Part shown: positions 19,547 to 27,883 of the stretch, piece by piece | Layout: each line of letters opens with the position of its first letter | How positions within the stretch are numbered: the stretch's first letter is position 1 | DNA from: an uncultured Lachnospiraceae bacterium | Lineage (GTDB): Bacteria; Bacillota; Clostridia; Lachnospirales; Lachnospiraceae | DNA length: 64,000 bases | Direction of reading: 5' to 3' | Assembly (NCBI GenBank): GCA_900315495.1 | Contig: OMZJ01000115.1 | Coordinates: forward strand, 29,109-93,108 | The notes under the pieces: model-generated | What the model saw: only the letters and a program-made list of their open reading frames with translations | Told to the model about the DNA's origin: nothing | Database searches by the model: none | Program-made: the position numbers and the translations under genes

Positions 19547-21634
19547 TTACTGCTCTTCCTTCTCCTTGGCCGCTGCCTCAACGATGCGCGCCTGCACATC
19601 CACCGGGACCTGCTCATAGCGGGCGAACGTGTAGGAGAACTCGCCCATGCCGCCGGTCATCGCACGGAGGTTCGTGCCGTATCCCTGAAGCTCTGCCACC
19701 GGGATGTCGGCCGTGACGGTCTGGAGTCCGCCGTGCACCGGATCCATTCCCAGCACTCTGCCGCGGCGCTTGTTGATATCGCCCATCGCATCGCCGACCT
19801 GCGCATCCGGAACCGTGACAGACAGCGTCGCGATCGGCTCCAGAATCACCGGAGAAGCCTCCGGATATGCTTTCTTATAGGAAAGGATGGTTGCCTGCTT
19901 GAACGCAACTTCGGAGGAGTCAACCGGATGATAGGATCCGTCCACCAGGGTGGCCTTGATGCCGTATACCGGATAACCTGCCAGAAGTCCCTTCTGCACG
20001 CACTCCGCGACACCTTTTTCCACAGCCGGGAAGTAGTTCTTCGGAACCGCGCCGCCGACCACTTCCTCAGCGAAGACATACTGGGTCTCCAGGTCTCCAG
20101 ACGGCTCCCAGATGATGTGCACATCGCCGTACTGGCCGCTGCCGCCCGTCTGCTTCTTGTACTTGCCCTGCTCGCGGACCTTCTTCCGGATGGTCTCGCG
20201 GTAAGCGATTTTTGGCGGGAAGAGGTTGATGCCGACCTTGTAGCGATTCTCAATGCGGGACGCGATCACCTCGAGCTGCTGCTCACCGATGCCGTAGAGC
20301 AGTGCCTGATGGGTCTCCGGATTGTTGACCACCTTCAACGTGAGGTCCTCTTCCTTCATGCGGTCGAGGGCGGTTGCCACCTTGTCATCATCGGCCTTGT
20401 TCTTCGCCGCGTACGCAAGGTAGGTGTACGGCGTGGAAATCACCGGCCTGCGGTACTGCATGGTCGATCCGGGCACTGCGATGGTATCGCCGGTGGACAG
20501 AATATCGATCTTTCCGAGGGCGGCGATATCGCCGGCATGAACCTCCGGGACCTCAATCGCTTCCTTGCCGCGAAGCACATAAATCTTTGCCGCCCGCGCA
20601 GACTGATCCTTCGTGACGTCATAGATGGTGTCGCCGGATTTCAGGCAGCCGGTCACGACCTTGAACATCGAATACTTGCCGAGGAACGGATCCACGGTTG
20701 TCTTGAAGATCTTGCCGGAGAAGTGCTTGTTCTCGTCGTACTTGACGACAACCATCTCGCTGTTGCTGCTCTCCTGTCCCTGTACCTCGCGGAATTCCGG
20801 AGACGGGAAGTACTTGAGGATGCAGTCCAGAAGCATCTTCGTGCCCTGGGCATTGAGACCGGATCCGCAGAGAACCGGGACGATCTGATTGTCGATGACG
20901 TGCGCACGGAGCGTGCTGGAAATCTCCTCGTAGGTGAATTCCTCGCCCGCGAAATATTTCTCCATCAGCTCATCACTGGTCTCGGCGACGGCCTCCACCA
21001 GGATGTTGCGGCTCTTCTCCAGGTTGGGCTTGACGTAATCCGGAATCGGCCCTTCCTCGTAATCGCTGGAACCCGGCTTGAACCGGCGGCCCTGCATCTT
21101 CACGACATTGACAAAGCCGACGAACTTCTCATTCTCACGGATCGGGACATGGAACGGAGCGATCTTGCTGCCGTACAGAGACTCCAGCCGGAGGGCCACC
21201 TCGCGGAAGCTGGCGTGGTCATCGTCCATGCCGGTCACAAAGAACATGCGCGGCAGATTGTATTTTTCGCACAGGTTCCATGCCTTCTGGGTGCCGACCT
21301 GGACGCCGGCCTTGCCGTCGATCACGATCACCGCTGCACCGGCTGCGCTGCAGGCCTCCTCCGCCTCACCGACAAAGTCGAAATATCCCGGGGTATCGAG
21401 GAAGTTGATCTTGACGCCCTCATACTCAACCGGCACCAGGCTGGTGGAGATGGAGAACTGGCGCTTCTGTTCCTCTTTATCGAAATCGCTGATGGTTGTT
21501 CCGTCAACCACTCTGCCAAGGCGCTTTGTCACTCCGGCGACATAGGCAGCCGACTCGACCAGCGTAGTCTTGCCGCAGCTTCCGTGACCAAGAACGACGA
21601 CGTTTCTGATGTTTTGTGTTTGATAAACATTCAT
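19547..21634 (-). CDS. Elongation factor G family GTPase (EF-G2-type paralog)
   Basis: 695 aa with five-domain EF-G architecture. G1 is VVLGHGSCGKTTL (not the AHIDAGKTT of canonical EF-G), G3 is DTPGYFDF, and there are domain IV/V motifs (KKQTGGSGQYGDV). Confidence 0.88.
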   Translation of the reverse strand: MNVYQTQNIRNVVVLGHGSCGKTTLVESAAYVAGVTKRLGRVVDGTTISDFDKEEQKRQFSISTSLVPVEYEGVKINFLDTPGYFDFVGEAEEACSAAGAAVIVIDGKAGVQVGTQKAWNLCEKYNLPRMFFVTGMDDDHASFREVALRLESLYGSKIAPFHVPIRENEKFVGFVNVVKMQGRRFKPGSSDYEEGPIPDYVKPNLEKSRNILVEAVAETSDELMEKYFAGEEFTYEEISSTLRAHVIDNQIVPVLCGSGLNAQGTKMLLDCILKYFPSPEFREVQGQESSNSEMVVVKYDENKHFSGKIFKTTVDPFLGKYSMFKVVTGCLKSGDTIYDVTKDQSARAAKIYVLRGKEAIEVPEVHAGDIAALGKIDILSTGDTIAVPGSTMQYRRPVISTPYTYLAYAAKNKADDDKVATALDRMKEEDLTLKVVNNPETHQALLYGIGEQQLEVIASRIENRYKVGINLFPPKIAYRETIRKKVREQGKYKKQTGGSGQYGDVHIIWEPSGDLETQYVFAEEVVGGAVPKNYFPAVEKGVAECVQKGLLAGYPVYGIKATLVDGSYHPVDSSEVAFKQATILSYKKAYPEASPVILEPIATLSVTVPDAQVGDAMGDINKRRGRVLGMDPVHGGLQTVTADIPVAELQGYGTNLRAMTGGMGEFSYTFARYEQVPVDVQARIVEAAAKEKEEQ

Positions 21635-21730
21635 GTCCTGCTTCCTCCATCGATTCTATTTTTGACAGGTTCACCTGTGAACGGCACACCGGCCGGACAT
21701 TGTTTTTCACCAATCAAATTCAATGAAGCC

Positions 21731-21759
21731 ATTATAGCGATTTTTTGCAATTTTTGCAA
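21731..21759 (-). promoter_or_regulatory. Putative sigma-A promoter of the EF-G paralog
   Basis: Minus strand: TTGCAA-17 nt-TATAAT, about 95 nt upstream of the ATG. Confidence 0.55.
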
Positions 21760-21968
21760 GAAGTCTGTTCGATCATTTATATATTTTTACCGCAATTCAT
21801 CCGTTTTCTCACCAATAACAGGCACAAATGAACGGCTCCACAACGCCCCGGCACTGCAGACATTGTTCCGGTCGGCTGCCGATGCGCCTTCCGGCCAGTG
21901 AGCGGAATCCCTTTCGCCGCAAGTTGATCACCGATCCGAACTCTACAGCCTGTGCAGCAGGCCATGTC

Positions 21969-21997
21969 TTGACAGGCAGAAAATTTCGCCATAGAAT
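21969..21997 (+). promoter_or_regulatory. Putative sigma-A promoter of tyrA
   Basis: TTGACA-17 nt-TAGAAT, about 40 nt upstream of ATG 22040 (SD GGAGGGAG). Confidence 0.6.
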
Positions 21998-22039
21998 GTT
22001 TTCGTACTTTAAAGCGTTAAATAAACGGAGGGAGCCGAA

Positions 22040-23140
22040 ATGTTTCAAACGGTCGCGATCATCGGGCTGGGACTGATCGGAGGTTCCATTGCCCGCAAAA
22101 TCAAGGAAAAGCACCCGGAGACCCGGATTCTCGCCTGGGATCGAAACCAGTCATCGCTGGAGGAGGCACAGTCAGACGGAATGATTGACGTGTGTCTCTC
22201 CGGAATCGGTGCACCGCTCCGGGAGGCGGATCTGATCCTTCTGTGCATTCCCGTCACGATGATTGCGGAGGGCCTGAAACAGCTGCGGCCGTATCTCGGT
22301 GCGTCAGCGATTGTCTCGGACGTCGGAAGCACCAAGGCTTCGGTTCACCGCGCGGTCCGCGAATGCGGACTGGAGGAATCTTTCATCGGCGGCCATCCGA
22401 TGGCAGGATCGGAGCGGACCGGCTACATGAATTCCCGCGCGAACCTCCTGGAAAATGCCTACTACATTCTCACGCCGACTGGGAAAAACCGGCTGGGCGA
22501 CACCGAAAAGATGGTCCGCTTCGCGCAGGAGCTCGCTGCGATTCCCCTGGTTCTGCAGCCCGAGGAGCATGACTATGCGGTCGCCGCGATCAGCCATGTG
22601 CCGCACCTGGTCGCCTCTTCTCTCGTCAATCTCGTCGCGGATGCCGATTCCGAGGATCAGGTCATGAAAAAGATCGCAGCCGGCGGCTTCAAGGACATCA
22701 CGCGGATCGCGTCCTCCTCACCTGTCATGTGGGAGCAAATCTGCATGGAAAACAAGGAAAATATCCTGCCCCTGCTGCGCGGCACCATTGATCTTCTGAC
22801 ACGCATGGCCGACCGGATTGAGGCGGGGGACGCAGACTATGTGCACGAAAGCTTTGTCCGCTCCGGCGCCTACCGCAGCCAGATCAGCGACCGGGGCAGC
22901 AGAACCGGAAACCCGGAGTATGCGCTCTTCTGCGACATTCCGGACCGCCCGGGCGCCATCGCGATCATCGCATCGATTCTATCGTTCGAGGGCATCAGCA
23001 TCAAAAACGTGGGGATCAATCACAACCGGGAGCTGCAGGAAGGCGCGCTGAAAATCGAATTCCACGATCCGGCATCCTGCCAGAAGGCCGGCGAAGTGCT
23101 GAAGGCACACCACTTCCCGGTTTACAGAAAAAAGCCGTGA
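22040..23140 (+). CDS. tyrA: Prephenate dehydrogenase with a C-terminal ACT-like domain
   Basis: VAIIGLGLIGGSIARKIK Rossmann motif, GGHPMAGSE, HDYAVAAISHVPHLVAS. The C-terminal ~80 aa looks ACT-like (LFCDIPDRPGAIAIIASILS). Confidence 0.88.
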   Translation: MFQTVAIIGLGLIGGSIARKIKEKHPETRILAWDRNQSSLEEAQSDGMIDVCLSGIGAPLREADLILLCIPVTMIAEGLKQLRPYLGASAIVSDVGSTKASVHRAVRECGLEESFIGGHPMAGSERTGYMNSRANLLENAYYILTPTGKNRLGDTEKMVRFAQELAAIPLVLQPEEHDYAVAAISHVPHLVASSLVNLVADADSEDQVMKKIAAGGFKDITRIASSSPVMWEQICMENKENILPLLRGTIDLLTRMADRIEAGDADYVHESFVRSGAYRSQISDRGSRTGNPEYALFCDIPDRPGAIAIIASILSFEGISIKNVGINHNRELQEGALKIEFHDPASCQKAGEVLKAHHFPVYRKKP

Positions 23141-23145
23141 AACGA

Positions 23146-23179
23146 GACGGGCCGCTCTTGCAAAGCGGCCCGTCTTTTT
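23146..23179. terminator. Rho-independent terminator between convergent tyrA and the DUF1667 gene
   Basis: GACGGGCCGCT-cttgcaa-AGCGGCCCGTC followed by TTTTTCTTTT. Confidence 0.8.
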
Positions 23180-23215
23180 CTTTTGAATATGGATGCAGCA
23201 CCGCGGTTTCAAAAA

Positions 23216-23590
23216 TTACTCCGCCCGCCGCACGGCGGATGTTGCCACCACATCGACGCCGGTGCCGCACACATTCGAAATCACGACGTCCCCGATGGCG
23301 ACCGGGGCAGCCGCGCGTGCCCGGTTGATCTCTGTCATGCAGTCAAAGATCCGGCCCTTCGGGATCGCCTCCCGGGTCTTGACCGAAACCAAGGGCCTGA
23401 CACCGCCGGTGACCGCCACCGTCGAGGTGACGATTCTCGTCGGATTCATCACTTCCTGCCGGGCATAGCGGTCGCCCACCTTGCAGGTATTTCCCGTCAC
23501 GCTGGCGATCTGCCCGTCCGCCATCACAACCGTGATCGGGCATCCCATCGGGCACCCGATGCACGTCAGATTTTTCGTTTCCGTTCCCAT
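23216..23590 (-). CDS. DUF1667 domain protein (third gene of the GlpA-like oxidoreductase module)
   Basis: MGTETKNLTCIGCPMGCPITV...VTGNTCKVGDRYARQE is the typical Cys-rich N-terminus of DUF1667. I placed the start at ATG 23590. Confidence 0.7.
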   Translation of the reverse strand: MGTETKNLTCIGCPMGCPITVVMADGQIASVTGNTCKVGDRYARQEVMNPTRIVTSTVAVTGGVRPLVSVKTREAIPKGRIFDCMTEINRARAAAPVAIGDVVISNVCGTGVDVVATSAVRRAE

Positions 23591-23680
23591 ACTCTTCCTC
23601 ACTTCCGACAGAGCCGGAGGAATCGGCGCCGGTATCCGGCAGGAAGCCGCAGCGCCGCACTCTTCCCCAGGCTTTCCCTC

Positions 23681-24973
23681 TCAGGGCACAATTTCCACCC
23701 GGACGGACGTCAGATCCGGAACAGTCAGGAGGTCCCTCCCTGGAAGAATCACCTGTTCCATCTCCCCGGGTGCCATGATCCTGCGCGGCCTCTGCTGCAC
23801 GATCCTGTCATTCAGCTTCACGCAGATCGATGCCCCCTGGAAGACATCAGTGACCCGGAAGCGGATCAGAAGCTTCTCGGGCAGCCGGTCCGGGCGCAGT
23901 GTATTCGGCACCGTATACCGGACGCCGTTTCCGGCCTGAACCGCGATTTCCCCTTCGCCGGTCCGTCCGGCCGGATTCTCGTTCCGGCTGTCCCTGTGCG
24001 CCCCGGAAAGCACAAAGCGCGCGGCATTTTCCCCCGCCTGTGCTGCCTCCTCGGACACATAGTCGACCAGATCGTGGACATGCAGCACATTGCCGCAGGC
24101 AAAAATCCCCGGCACCGAAGTCTCCAGGCTTTCGTTGACCAGTGCGCCGCCGGTCACCGGATTCATCGCAATCCCGCACGAGACCGACAGCTCATTCTCC
24201 GGGATCAGCCCGGTGGAGAGCAGAAGCGTGTCGCAGGTGTATCTCTCCTCCGTCCCGGGAATCGGCCGGCGGTCCTGTCCCACCTGCGCGATGGTGACCG
24301 CCTTCACCCGCTCCCGCCCCTCGATATTGACAACGGTATGGGAGAGCTTCAGCGGGATGCCGAAGTCGTCCAGGCACTGCACGATGTTGCGCTTAAGCCC
24401 GCCGGAATAGGGCATCAGTTCCGCGACGACCTTCACCTTCGCGCCTTCCAGCGTCAGCCTTCTGGCCATGATCAGCCCGATGTCGCCGGATCCGAGAATC
24501 ACGGCCTCCCGTCCCGGAAGATACCCTTCGATGTTGATCAGCCGCTGGGCGGTTCCCGCCGAAAAGATGCCCGCCGGACGGTATCCCGGAATATTCAGGG
24601 CGCCCCGCGGGCGTTCCCGGCATCCCATGGCCAGAATCACCGCGTCCGCCTGTATCTCTTTGTATCCTTCCTTTTCGCTGGTGACCGTGAGAATCCGGTC
24701 CGGCGACAGGTGCAGCACCATCGTGTCCGTGCGGCAGGGAATCTGAAGATCCTGTGCCTCCCGGATGAAGCGGTCGGCATACTCCGGTCCGGTCAGCTCC
24801 TCGCGGAACGTATGCAGGCCGAACCCGTTGTGGATACACTGGTTTAAAATCCCGCCGGGCTCGGAATCCCGCTCCAGAATCAGGACATCCCGGACGCCCG
24901 CCTTCCTGGCGGCAATCGCCGCGGCAAGTCCGGCCGGTCCTCCCCCGATCACTGCAATCTGTACTTTTTCCAT
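23681..24973 (-). CDS. NAD(P)/FAD-dependent pyridine nucleotide-disulfide oxidoreductase family protein
   Basis: MEKVQIAVIGGGPAGLAAAIAARKAG (FAD GxGxxG), a second dinucleotide fold at AVILGSGDIGLIMARRL, and GIFACGNV. Confidence 0.85.
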   Translation of the reverse strand: MEKVQIAVIGGGPAGLAAAIAARKAGVRDVLILERDSEPGGILNQCIHNGFGLHTFREELTGPEYADRFIREAQDLQIPCRTDTMVLHLSPDRILTVTSEKEGYKEIQADAVILAMGCRERPRGALNIPGYRPAGIFSAGTAQRLINIEGYLPGREAVILGSGDIGLIMARRLTLEGAKVKVVAELMPYSGGLKRNIVQCLDDFGIPLKLSHTVVNIEGRERVKAVTIAQVGQDRRPIPGTEERYTCDTLLLSTGLIPENELSVSCGIAMNPVTGGALVNESLETSVPGIFACGNVLHVHDLVDYVSEEAAQAGENAARFVLSGAHRDSRNENPAGRTGEGEIAVQAGNGVRYTVPNTLRPDRLPEKLLIRFRVTDVFQGASICVKLNDRIVQQRPRRIMAPGEMEQVILPGRDLLTVPDLTSVRVEIVP

Positions 24974-25099
24974 GCCCGATCCCTCCCTGTTCGAAAGGTT
25001 GTGCGCAATATTTTACCCGTCGATGCGCAGTCCGACGGCAGCGATCTCTCCCTCACGCAAAGGTACTGCTGCAATCCGGAAAGCTGTCACGTGAAAAAC

Positions 25100-26542
25100 T
25101 CAGTTTCTCTTCATCTTCTCCAGCACGATGCGGGACGCCCCGCCGCACTTTGTGATTGTTTCAAAAGGTTCGCCGCATTCTCTCTGCAGGATCTCCATCA
25201 CACGCGGCATGCAGAAACCCGACTGGCACCGCCCCATGCCCGCACGGGTGCGGCGCTTGACGCCGTCCAGCGAGACGGCACCCAGCGGTCTGTGAATCGC
25301 GTCCAGAATTTCCCCCTCGGTGACCTTCTCACAGCGGCAGATTATTCTTCCGTACGCCGGCTCCCTGCGGATCAGGTCATTGCGCTCCTCTGGGGTCAGA
25401 GAATCCGGGTGCAGAATGCCGGTTCTCTTCCCGATCCAGTTTTCCCTGCGCGCCGGTTTGAGCCTGTCAGCGATCAGCGCCGCCACTTCTTCCCCGATCG
25501 CAGGGCTGGCAGAAAGGCCGGGGGATTCGATCCCCGCGCAGTCAAAGAATCCCGGCGCGTCCTCCGCCTCCCCGATCACAAAGTCTCCGCCGTCCGCATG
25601 GGCGCGGACTCCCGCGAAGGACGTGATCACATCGCGAAGGGGCAGGTTCCGGACGTTTCTTCCCGCCTTTCCGACGACATCCGTCAGCTCTGCAGCGGTG
25701 GTCGCGACATCCTCCCCGTCCGCAATGTTCACGGCCGTCGGCCCCATCAAGAGATTGCCGTGGACCGTCGGTGTCACCAGAACGCCCTTCCCCAGCCTGG
25801 TCGGCTCCGGAAAGATGGTATGCCGGACCCATCCGCCGTCCTTCCGGTCCAGAAGCTGGTAGCAGCCGCGGCGCGGCGTGATGTGAATCTTTTTCGCCGA
25901 GACCATGTTGTGGAAGAGATCAGCATGTACGCCGGCTGCATTGACAACGGTCCGCGCCGTGAAACTGCCCCGGGAGGTGCAGACTTCCCACCCCTCTCCG
26001 GAACCGGCCGGCCGCACCGCCGTAACTTCGGTATTCAAATAGAATTGCACGCCATTCTGCGCCGCATTCTCCGCCATGCCGATATTCAGGAGAAACGGAT
26101 CCACAATCGCACTGGTCGGCGCGTACAGGGCCTCCTTCACCTCGTCCGACAGGTTGGGTTCCAGGCGGCGCGCCTCCGCACCGCTCAGGATCTGCAGGGA
26201 GGACACACCGTTTGCGGCGCCTCGGGCCAGAAGCGTTTCCAGCGCCGGGCTGTTCTCCTGCTCCGTGCTCACGACCATCGCACCGTTCCTGATATAGGGG
26301 ACATCGAGATCCCCGCACAGCGTTTCCATCATCTGACTGCCCCGAACGTTCAGCCGCGCCTTGCAGGTTCCCGGCACAGCGTCAAACCCGGCATGGACAA
26401 TCGCGCTGTTTGCCTTGGAAGTTCCGCTGCAGACATCCTCTCCCTTCTCCAGAAGCGCGATGGAAAGCTGATAACGGGAGAGCTCCCGGGCGACCGCGCA
26501 GCCGGACACCCCCCCTCCGATGATAATTGTATCAAGAAGCAT
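25100..26542 (-). CDS. FAD-dependent oxidoreductase, GlpA/glycerol-3-phosphate dehydrogenase-like, with a C-terminal BFD-like [2Fe-2S] domain
   Basis: DTIIIGGGVSGCAVARELS, GTSKANSAIVHAGFD, and C-terminal ICRCEKVTEGEILDAI...RRTRAGMGRCQSGFC. The start is ATG 26542 (SD GGGAGGA); the alternative is 26548. Confidence 0.85.
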   Translation of the reverse strand: MLLDTIIIGGGVSGCAVARELSRYQLSIALLEKGEDVCSGTSKANSAIVHAGFDAVPGTCKARLNVRGSQMMETLCGDLDVPYIRNGAMVVSTEQENSPALETLLARGAANGVSSLQILSGAEARRLEPNLSDEVKEALYAPTSAIVDPFLLNIGMAENAAQNGVQFYLNTEVTAVRPAGSGEGWEVCTSRGSFTARTVVNAAGVHADLFHNMVSAKKIHITPRRGCYQLLDRKDGGWVRHTIFPEPTRLGKGVLVTPTVHGNLLMGPTAVNIADGEDVATTAAELTDVVGKAGRNVRNLPLRDVITSFAGVRAHADGGDFVIGEAEDAPGFFDCAGIESPGLSASPAIGEEVAALIADRLKPARRENWIGKRTGILHPDSLTPEERNDLIRREPAYGRIICRCEKVTEGEILDAIHRPLGAVSLDGVKRRTRAGMGRCQSGFCMPRVMEILQRECGEPFETITKCGGASRIVLEKMKRN

Positions 26543-26647
26543 CTGCATCCTCCCTTCCCGCAGCCGATGCATCGCTGTCTGCGCAAAAACCATTGATTCA
26601 ATGAAAGCCTTTGCGGCAGCACCGGCACAGCTCTGATCCGGAAAGCC

Positions 26648-27736
26648 TCAGTCTTCCTTCTGCTCCTGTCTCAGGACAGCCGAGAGGAACGCCAGCGCGA
26701 GGCCCTGGCCCCATCCCTGGATCCATGCCTTCGGGACGCCGAGATATCCCTCCCGGTCCTTCATGACCGCTGTACCGCCGGAGACGTTGAGCACCCGGCC
26801 GTCCGGTGTGACGTTGGCGAGAATCCCGCCGAGCGCACGCTGCACATACTTGGTGTGCAGCGGGTTATTGTTCTCCACCATGGCAGCCGCGATGCCCGCG
26901 GAGGCGGAAACCTCCTCATAGGCCTCCGGATCGTTAACGATCGTGCGCCACAGACCGTTTTCCGTCTGCACCAGCTTGAGCGCTGCCAGCTGATCCCGCA
27001 GGGAGCACTGCACATCCATACACTTTGGATAGAGATACCACTCCTTCAGGCCCCGCAGCACCCGCGACATCGTGTAGGCCGCCCACGCGTTCGCACGGCC
27101 CCAGAAAAAACCGGACATGTGGTTCTTGAGGATATTGTTGTAGCCGTGATACCAGAACCCGGTCTCCGGATCCTGCAGGTACTGGATGTGCCAGTAATAC
27201 TGGTTGAGCGCGTCGTCGATCAGCGCATCCGCACGGCCCGCATCGCCGGCGATCGCCTGATCCTTCGGATCATCCGGATTGAGATATTTCAGTTTGCTTC
27301 CCACGCGCAGGAGCAGGAACGCCGCCATGAACAGCGTGTCGGCCCAGCACTGCTCCGGGAAATCGTTGTTGGAGGATACCGTGTGCTGCAGCACGTGATC
27401 GCCGAAACGCAGCGCGTCATTCTCCAGGTAGTCGATTTTCTCCATGAGGATCTCCCAGTACTTCTTGTCCCCGGTTTCCTCATACAGGGTGATCAGGCAG
27501 TGCCCCATCGCGCAGGTGTTGACATTCCAGGACGGAAGGCCAAGCGCGATGTATTCATCCACCCAGTTTTTCAGAAAATCGATGATCTTCTGATCTCCGG
27601 TGGCATGGTAGGCCTCGCACAGGCCGTAGTACGCCACACCGCACGGCCAGTCCCAGGTCAGGTCCATGGTCTCGGTTTTGCGGACAATTCTGTCCATCAC
27701 GTCAATGATTTGCTGTCTGTCGTATTCCAGTCTCAT
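26648..27736 (-). CDS. Glycoside hydrolase family 105/88 (unsaturated rhamnogalacturonyl/glucuronyl hydrolase-like)
   Basis: Starts at ATG 27736. WDWPCGVAYYGL, CWADTLFMAAFLL and FWGRANAWAAY (compare WARGNGW in YteR-type enzymes) fit the alpha/alpha-toroid pattern. Confidence 0.75.
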   Translation of the reverse strand: MRLEYDRQQIIDVMDRIVRKTETMDLTWDWPCGVAYYGLCEAYHATGDQKIIDFLKNWVDEYIALGLPSWNVNTCAMGHCLITLYEETGDKKYWEILMEKIDYLENDALRFGDHVLQHTVSSNNDFPEQCWADTLFMAAFLLLRVGSKLKYLNPDDPKDQAIAGDAGRADALIDDALNQYYWHIQYLQDPETGFWYHGYNNILKNHMSGFFWGRANAWAAYTMSRVLRGLKEWYLYPKCMDVQCSLRDQLAALKLVQTENGLWRTIVNDPEAYEEVSASAGIAAAMVENNNPLHTKYVQRALGGILANVTPDGRVLNVSGGTAVMKDREGYLGVPKAWIQGWGQGLALAFLSAVLRQEQKED

Positions 27737-27883
27737 CTCTTCCCCCTGTTTTCTTTGCACGTTTCTGCCGGCAGATCGATACCCGCAGATCAATGGCCGG
27801 CTGATTGAAGAACGCTTCCCTGCCTGCGGCGGCTTCCATCCGGCCTTTCCGGATGAAAGCACCGCAGGGGATTTCTGCAGATT

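Noticed and set aside
19448-21901. 817-aa + strand ORF.
   Set aside because: It is antisense to the EF-G paralog and extends through its promoter region. It has no motifs and shadow-frame composition.
21760-21968. I looked for a T-box or other leader upstream of tyrA.
   Set aside because: The best promoter lies only about 40 nt before the ATG, so this stretch is upstream of the TSS. No T-box core sequence is present.
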